A DNA stretch of 32,000 bases. Origin: Bellilinea caldifistulae (GTDB taxonomy: Bacteria > Chloroflexota > Anaerolineae > Anaerolineales > Anaerolineaceae). Below the pieces are notes generated by a model, which saw nothing but the letters and a program-made list of their open reading frames with translations, was not told where the DNA came from and made no database searches. How positions within the stretch are numbered: position 1 is the stretch's first letter; every line of letters starts with the position of its first letter. Positions 27,064-32,000 of the stretch are shown here, piece after piece. Made by a program: the position numbers and the translations under genes. The stretch is from NCBI RefSeq assembly GCF_001306055.1, contig NZ_LGHJ01000013.1, forward strand, positions 60,001-92,000, in the 5' to 3' direction.

Positions 27064-28467
27064 TCAACGGGCAGCCAGCAACGCTGGTGCAACCCGCAAA
27101 ATGAAAATGACCGATTGGTAAAATACACCGGGCATCAATCCAAACAAAAACAAGAAAAGCAACCCAATCAACAGAATACCCCGCTCTTTCCAGTTTTCCA
27201 GGCGCTGTTCGGGTTGATCGGCCAACCTGACCACATGCAGTAAAACCCGAACAACGCCAATCAAAAACCCTAAATTACCGAGTAATACCCATCCAATCAG
27301 CAACGGCTGTTGGGAGGCAAACAGTTCCAATGCCTCCAGCCGCACCGGAAAACCCGCCAGCAGCGGTATTCCGCTCATCGAAAACAGAGCCAGCACCAGC
27401 CCAATCACCGCAACCGGAAAACGCTGAAATATTCCTTGAAGGTGATCGAAATCGGTGGGTTGATCATGGTTCTTCAAAACCGATAAAGCCGTTGCCAGAA
27501 CAAACAACCCCAGCAGGCGAGGCAGTAAGCCCGCCGCAAATATCATATAGCCCGGCAGGGTATTCACCCCGATTGATAACAAGGCATATCCACTCTCAAA
27601 AATGACCGCGTATCCAAATAATCGGCTGATTTCATCTTGAAAAGCCGCCCAAATCCCGGCTGTAATGATCATCAACATCCCTGCTAATTGAATGATCAAA
27701 AACATTCCGGAAGATGCCCTCAACCAGCCAATCTGACTGATAAAGTCCAACCCCAGCATGAGGGTCGAAACGGGCAGTAGACTCAGCACAAAACCGGCCG
27801 AGTAAGGATGGGTCTGGTTGGTCAACTGGGGTACCCAGAAATAAAACGGAAAGACACCCAGCCAAAGAGCAAAACCAAGCCCTAAGATAACCGCTGCCCT
27901 CGGCAGAATAGCCGGATCAAATTGGGCAATGTCACCGCTGCCGAACACCCAACCGGCCAGCAAGATGAATGGCATTCCCAGTGTTTGAAAGATAAGAAAA
28001 CGCTGTACACCACTCTGGACGGGTTCGCCGGGGGGCACAAGCAGGGGAATGCTTAACAAAACTGCCAGTTCAACCAGTAAAGCGGCATACAAAAATGGTT
28101 GAACGGCCAGTGCACCAATCAACGCCGAGACGACCATCAAACCGAACGGTGCAAAAAATCGGTGCTGTCGGAGGATTAGACCGCCACCAAACCACACCGC
28201 GCAGGCAGTAAAAATCACTACCAGCAGAGGCCTTTCATTGTTTGTCAGGTTGAAGCTACGCCCCAAGATAAAGAGACTCTCAGCCAGTTCAATTTGTAAT
28301 CCGCCAAGACGAATGACCTCACCAATCGGTAAAGCCGCAGCCAGACCAGCCAAAAAGGCGGAAAGTCCTGCCGCAATTCCACCCGCCAACCACCGCCTGC
28401 GGCGTAGCAACCACAGGGTCATCCCTGCAACCAACGGAATCACAATCCAGAGGATTGGCGCGCTCAA
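27064..28467 (-). CDS. Polytopic membrane protein with a NuoN/MrpD-like (proton-antiporter-like, PF00361-type) motif layout, divergent
   Basis: 467 aa with about 13-14 TM spans. The motif order matches NuoN by eye: LVELAVLLS, VQRFLIFQTLG, GLGFALWLGVFPFYFWVPQ..PYSAGF, SRLFGYAVIFESGY, SGIPLLAGFPVRLEAL. The TTG start overlaps the upstream TGA (TTGA), with GGAGGAG 5 nt upstream. Confidence 0.6.
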   Translation of the reverse strand: MSAPILWIVIPLVAGMTLWLLRRRRWLAGGIAAGLSAFLAGLAAALPIGEVIRLGGLQIELAESLFILGRSFNLTNNERPLLVVIFTACAVWFGGGLILRQHRFFAPFGLMVVSALIGALAVQPFLYAALLVELAVLLSIPLLVPPGEPVQSGVQRFLIFQTLGMPFILLAGWVFGSGDIAQFDPAILPRAAVILGLGFALWLGVFPFYFWVPQLTNQTHPYSAGFVLSLLPVSTLMLGLDFISQIGWLRASSGMFLIIQLAGMLMIITAGIWAAFQDEISRLFGYAVIFESGYALLSIGVNTLPGYMIFAAGLLPRLLGLFVLATALSVLKNHDQPTDFDHLQGIFQRFPVAVIGLVLALFSMSGIPLLAGFPVRLEALELFASQQPLLIGWVLLGNLGFLIGVVRVLLHVVRLADQPEQRLENWKERGILLIGLLFLFLFGLMPGVFYQSVIFILRVAPALLAAR

Positions 28468-29039
28468 CCGGTCTCCTCCAAAGTAGCCGATAATATGAAA
28501 TACGAACCCGCCAAACCTATACCAAGATTAATCAAACCCAGCAGGCCGACAACCAGTACAGAGCTAACCAGACCGGCGTAAATCATCTCGAATCCCGCCA
28601 GAAAGGTGAGCAGGCCAAGGCTGAGTCGAAACGGGTTACCGGTCAGCCCCAGTTGAACCAAACCCGAAATCAGCAGAATCAAGCCACCCGTCAACAAAGA
28701 GCGTTCAACAGGAATCCACGTTTCGGCTGCCGGAAGAATGGAAAAAGCCACAATCACGCCAAAAATCATTACAAACCCGCGAAAGATCCTCCCGGAAAGG
28801 TCTGAAACGGGTAACTCTTCCCCCAGACTCACTTGAGAGGAAGCCAATATAGCTCCAGCCATCCAACCAACAATCAGCTTAACGGCTGCCAGCCCAACTG
28901 GCAATGTCTGGGCAATCAACCAGAAGACCCCAATATATTGTAAGGCAAGCCCAAGCAGGGCATACCGCCATCCCAGAAACAAAATCAGGATAAAACTACT
29001 TACAATCAGAAATAACAGAGGGATGGTCTGGATGTTCAT
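28464..29039 (-). CDS. Small hydrophobic membrane protein (about 6 TM) with a tentative NuoJ/K-like motif
   Basis: 191 aa. The C-terminal half reads GNPFRLSLGLLTFLAGFEMIYAG...LGIGLAGSY, which is reminiscent of the NuoJ pattern NP...L..E.IVYAG. The ATG is 3 nt after the upstream TGA. Confidence 0.55.
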   Translation of the reverse strand: MNIQTIPLLFLIVSSFILILFLGWRYALLGLALQYIGVFWLIAQTLPVGLAAVKLIVGWMAGAILASSQVSLGEELPVSDLSGRIFRGFVMIFGVIVAFSILPAAETWIPVERSLLTGGLILLISGLVQLGLTGNPFRLSLGLLTFLAGFEMIYAGLVSSVLVVGLLGLINLGIGLAGSYFILSATLEETG

Positions 29040-29042
29040 GAT

Positions 29043-30635
29043 TCAGCGAACGCCCCCAATAATTGAAATCACCAGAACCAGTAACAAGAGTGACCAGAGT
29101 ACACCGCCTTCCCCTTCAAAAAGAACGGTCAACAATCGGGTAACACCCTGCGCCGCGTGAAAGACAAACCTTAAGGTAAGGTAAAGCCAGTTCAAACGCA
29201 AAAATGCACTGATTGCATCGGTTGCCTTTTGGATTAGCGGTTGCAGCCAGACCATTTGCGGGGATGAGTCTCCCTCGACCTGTTTTCTGCGGTATGCTGA
29301 TTGTCCCAGAAAGACGGTTAAACCCAACACGATTATGCCGCCCCACCAGGTTCCTAACCGGAGACCCTGTTCGACCCCTAAAAACACACTGAGCCAACCC
29401 GAAATCAGCAACACCATCAGCCCCAGGGTATAGGTTGTGACAATATACGGTTCAAACGACCGGCTTGATTCACGCGGTTGAAGTGCATGACGGATAAAAC
29501 CGGCGATGACCACAACCCACAGGATTGCCAGCAGAATCACCCAACCTGGGTTGACCGCCACAGCCTGCCAGCCGGCGGATAAAATCGTGAATGGCGCACC
29601 GCAAAAGCTGAACAGTACAGCCCCCGTCAGGATCATCAATCGCGGACTGCGAACCGTACAAAGGAAGATGAACCCTCCCCAGCAAACCAGCGCTACCCCC
29701 CAAACCACCGAAAGGGGAGCATTACCCTGTAAAACCGATAAAATAGCCAGTCCGCTGAAAAACAAGCCAAAAAATGTTCTGCCGGCAATTTCATTTTCTG
29801 CCAAAATCCACATGACTGCCGCATACAACATGAGCAGGACAATTCCCCCGACGACCAGGGGATAGGAAGTGCTGACCACCAGCCCGGCCGGCAATTTTGC
29901 CAGTAAAGCCAGACCGCTGATTTGCCCGGTAATCCGCATCAGACTCGTCAATCCATTTTGGAGCGGTAATTGTTTTTCGTACTTCAAACTCAATGGCAAT
30001 ACACCCAGTCGTAAAATCACCGCTCCAATCAACCACAACGCATCTCGTTCAAGGGTGGATTCAAAGGTGTAACCCAGACCGGGTTGGCGTGCCACGATCA
30101 TCACACTCAGCAAAAGCCCAACCGAGAACAGGCGAAGCGCAAAGGAAGTCAGCACCTCGCGGCGGTAACGGTAATCGCGAATGATCAGCAGCACATAGAC
30201 CACTTCTACTACGTCCAGCAAAGTCCATGAGATAGCCAGCGCCAGCGGTGATCCACTGAGAATCGAAAGCAAGCCAATCGCAGTAAACGTCATCGCCGCC
30301 GACCAGGAAAGCGGGTTACTATTATATTGAAAGCGCACCGGCGCGGTGAGGATGACTGCCAGCAACAAACCAACCAGACAAATCGCCAAAACCCAGGCAT
30401 TGGTTTCCCAATCAAAAACAATCCGATCTGCCGTAAGCGGCTCAAACGGACGCCATGCCGGAAAAACCACTTCAGCCGGTCGGAACCAACGCAGGGCAAA
30501 CACCCCCAGCCAGGCAAGGAAAAGACCGATCACCGAAATCAGCCACGCAAAGCGCTTGCCCTGTTCACTCCAGTGCAAAGCAAAGATGACTACGGCCAGG
30601 AGTAAAAGGAACAGAACCGGTAAAAAGTTAAACAT
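29043..30635 (-). CDS. Polytopic membrane protein with a degenerate NuoL/M/MrpA-like antiporter-subunit layout
   Basis: About 530 aa with about 14-16 TM spans. ISWTLLDVVEVVYVLLII resembles the WE..L.S/PmYfLI TM5 region. LRLGVLPLSLKYEKQLPLQNGLTSLMRITGQISGLALLAKL occupies the place of the K..PfH.WLPdA...P.SAL.H motif. The start is either ATG 30633-30635, 2 nt after the dihydropyrimidinase TGA, or TTG 30639-30641, overlapping it. Confidence 0.55.
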   Translation of the reverse strand: MFNFLPVLFLLLLAVVIFALHWSEQGKRFAWLISVIGLFLAWLGVFALRWFRPAEVVFPAWRPFEPLTADRIVFDWETNAWVLAICLVGLLLAVILTAPVRFQYNSNPLSWSAAMTFTAIGLLSILSGSPLALAISWTLLDVVEVVYVLLIIRDYRYRREVLTSFALRLFSVGLLLSVMIVARQPGLGYTFESTLERDALWLIGAVILRLGVLPLSLKYEKQLPLQNGLTSLMRITGQISGLALLAKLPAGLVVSTSYPLVVGGIVLLMLYAAVMWILAENEIAGRTFFGLFFSGLAILSVLQGNAPLSVVWGVALVCWGGFIFLCTVRSPRLMILTGAVLFSFCGAPFTILSAGWQAVAVNPGWVILLAILWVVVIAGFIRHALQPRESSRSFEPYIVTTYTLGLMVLLISGWLSVFLGVEQGLRLGTWWGGIIVLGLTVFLGQSAYRRKQVEGDSSPQMVWLQPLIQKATDAISAFLRLNWLYLTLRFVFHAAQGVTRLLTVLFEGEGGVLWSLLLLVLVISIIGGVR

Positions 30636-30637
30636 CC

Positions 30638-32000
30638 TCAAAGAACCGGATTATGTGAACTGCGCTGCACGAAACGCCCCATTCCAGCTTTACCAAGCCA
30701 TTGATCACCATCTACAATGAGATTCCCGCGCAGGAACACCTTTTCCGGAAAGCCGGTTAAAGTCCAGCCTTCGAACAAGTTATAGTCGGTGCGATGATGC
30801 GATTTTGCCACACCATACTCAACAACCCGCCGGGCATCCCAAACCACAATATCTGCATCTGCTCCCGGCATCAGACTGCCCTTGCGCGGATACAGGCCGA
30901 AGATTTTGGCAGGATTTGTGCTGGTCAAAGCAACAAACTGAGAAGGAGTCAGCCGACCGCTGGCAACCCCCTCGCTCCACAACACCGGAAGACGGTCGCC
31001 TATTGCCGGTAAACCATTGGGAATTTTGGTGAAATCCTTCTTGCCCAGCTCCTTGCCGGGAATAGCCACCGGTTGACCCTCGTACAGGATCGCTTTCGTC
31101 CCATCGAAGAAAAATGGACAATGATCCGTTCCAACCACCTGCAAGATTCCCTTTTCCAGACCTTGCCAGAGCCGTTCGTTATCTTCCGTGGTGCGCATGG
31201 GAGGCGAACAGACCCATTTAGCCCCATCCGGCCGGCGCAGATGATCAATGGTAAAAAACAGATACTGTGGACAGGTTTCTCCCATCACCGGCAGACCGCG
31301 ATCGCGGGCATAAGCCAGTTGATCAACCTCACCGGCTGCATTCATGTGGACGATATAGAGGGGCGCCTCCGCCATGGCCGCCAGAGCCGCACCGCGCAAA
31401 ACCGCCTCAACCGCCGTCCATGCCGGCCGGGTCAAAGCATGCCATTCGGGTGTGGTATGGCCGGCAGCCAATGCCTCGGCAATCAGCAATTCAATCACAT
31501 CGCCATTTTCAGCGTGAAGCATGGTCAGAAAGCCCAGATCTCTGGCAATCCGCATCACCCGAAAGATGTTCTCATCCGAAAGGCGCAGGCGGTTGTTGTA
31601 AGCACTGAAAACTTTCAGGGAAGTAATCCCCATCCCCGCCAGATAAGGAATTTCGGCTTGTATCTGAGCATCCAGGCGGCTGATATTCATGTGAAAACTG
31701 AAATCAATCGCCGCTTTGGGATCGGCTTTTTCCCGCCAGAGCGCAACACTTTTTTCAATTCCCTCGTCTTCCAGTGGGACAAAATCAATCACGGTGGTGG
31801 TACCCCCAAATGCTGCCGCCTTATGACCCGTATAATGGTCATCCGATGAAACCGTTCCAAACATGGGTAAATCAAAATGGGTGTGCGGATCAACCCCGCC
31901 CGGTAAAATCAAGCGATTGCTAACATCCACAACCTGCGTATCTTCGCTGATCGGTAGATCGGTTCCAATCATGGCAATTTTTTCGCCTTCAATCAAAATA
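30638..32000 (-). CDS. Dihydropyrimidinase / D-hydantoinase (cyclic amidohydrolase), 5'-truncated by the window edge
   Basis: The frame stays open to base 32000 (..YFLIEGEKIAMIG is the typical early beta-strand region). Signatures are GGVDPHTHFDLP (HxH), GGTTTVIDF, SLKVFSAY (carboxylated-Lys context), MLHAENGD and GTDHCPF. Confidence 0.9.
   Translation of the reverse strand, partial: ILIEGEKIAMIGTDLPISEDTQVVDVSNRLILPGGVDPHTHFDLPMFGTVSSDDHYTGHKAAAFGGTTTVIDFVPLEDEGIEKSVALWREKADPKAAIDFSFHMNISRLDAQIQAEIPYLAGMGITSLKVFSAYNNRLRLSDENIFRVMRIARDLGFLTMLHAENGDVIELLIAEALAAGHTTPEWHALTRPAWTAVEAVLRGAALAAMAEAPLYIVHMNAAGEVDQLAYARDRGLPVMGETCPQYLFFTIDHLRRPDGAKWVCSPPMRTTEDNERLWQGLEKGILQVVGTDHCPFFFDGTKAILYEGQPVAIPGKELGKKDFTKIPNGLPAIGDRLPVLWSEGVASGRLTPSQFVALTSTNPAKIFGLYPRKGSLMPGADADIVVWDARRVVEYGVAKSHHRTDYNLFEGWTLTGFPEKVFLRGNLIVDGDQWLGKAGMGRFVQRSSHNPVL

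Noticed and set aside
29037-29045. An in-frame TGA between the 530-aa and 191-aa membrane ORFs (TGA-ATC-ATG, same reading frame), a few kb from selB. I considered whether this could be a selenocysteine read-through.
   Set aside because: No bacterial SECIS-like hairpin with the right spacing follows the UGA. There is only a 7-bp pairing with a loop of about 44 nt. An ATG start follows immediately. A same-frame arrangement is expected by chance one time in three. Ordinary stop/restart coupling explains it.

Overview
This window is mostly a core-metabolism and housekeeping chromosomal segment from a moderate-GC bacterium. AdoK-, MoeZ- and MshB-like proteins, frequent TTG/GTG starts and strong GGAGG Shine-Dalgarno (SD) sites make me guess Chloroflexota/Anaerolineae-like, but I cannot verify this.

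I call 27 protein genes, 23 of them on the minus strand:
- clpB (5' partial), a PIG-L deacetylase and a MoeZ-type adenylyl/sulfurtransferase
- an adoK-ahcY operon
- a TPR + lytic-transglycosylase lipoprotein
- pdhA/B/C-type E1alpha/E1beta/E2
- an APC-type permease and ppdK
- an orphan receiver domain plus a small zinc-ribbon protein
- an alpha/beta hydrolase, cca, hpt and tdk
- rplU-rpmA-rpmE
- a YhfC-family membrane protein, selB and a 392-aa all-coiled-coil protein
- three tightly coupled polytopic membrane genes
- a dihydropyrimidinase (5' partial)

I found no rRNA or tRNA gene, CRISPR array, transposase, integrase or obvious defence or prophage module.

Several intrinsic terminators and promoters can be read directly. 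These include two near-consensus sigma70 promoters and a recurring extended -10 element, TGGTATAAT.

The items most worth follow-up are:
1. An orphan three-gene membrane module. It is built from two degenerate complex-I/Mrp antiporter-like subunits with a small membrane protein between them, and it follows the dihydropyrimidinase gene directly.
2. A ribosomal protein L31 carrying a C-terminal RNA-polymerase-alpha-CTD-like helix-hairpin-helix domain.
3. An uncharacterised coiled-coil protein immediately upstream of selB.
4. An orphan REC domain followed by a zinc-ribbon protein with a phage-MuF-like CRC motif.

All homology statements come from by-eye motif recognition and need HMM or BLAST confirmation.
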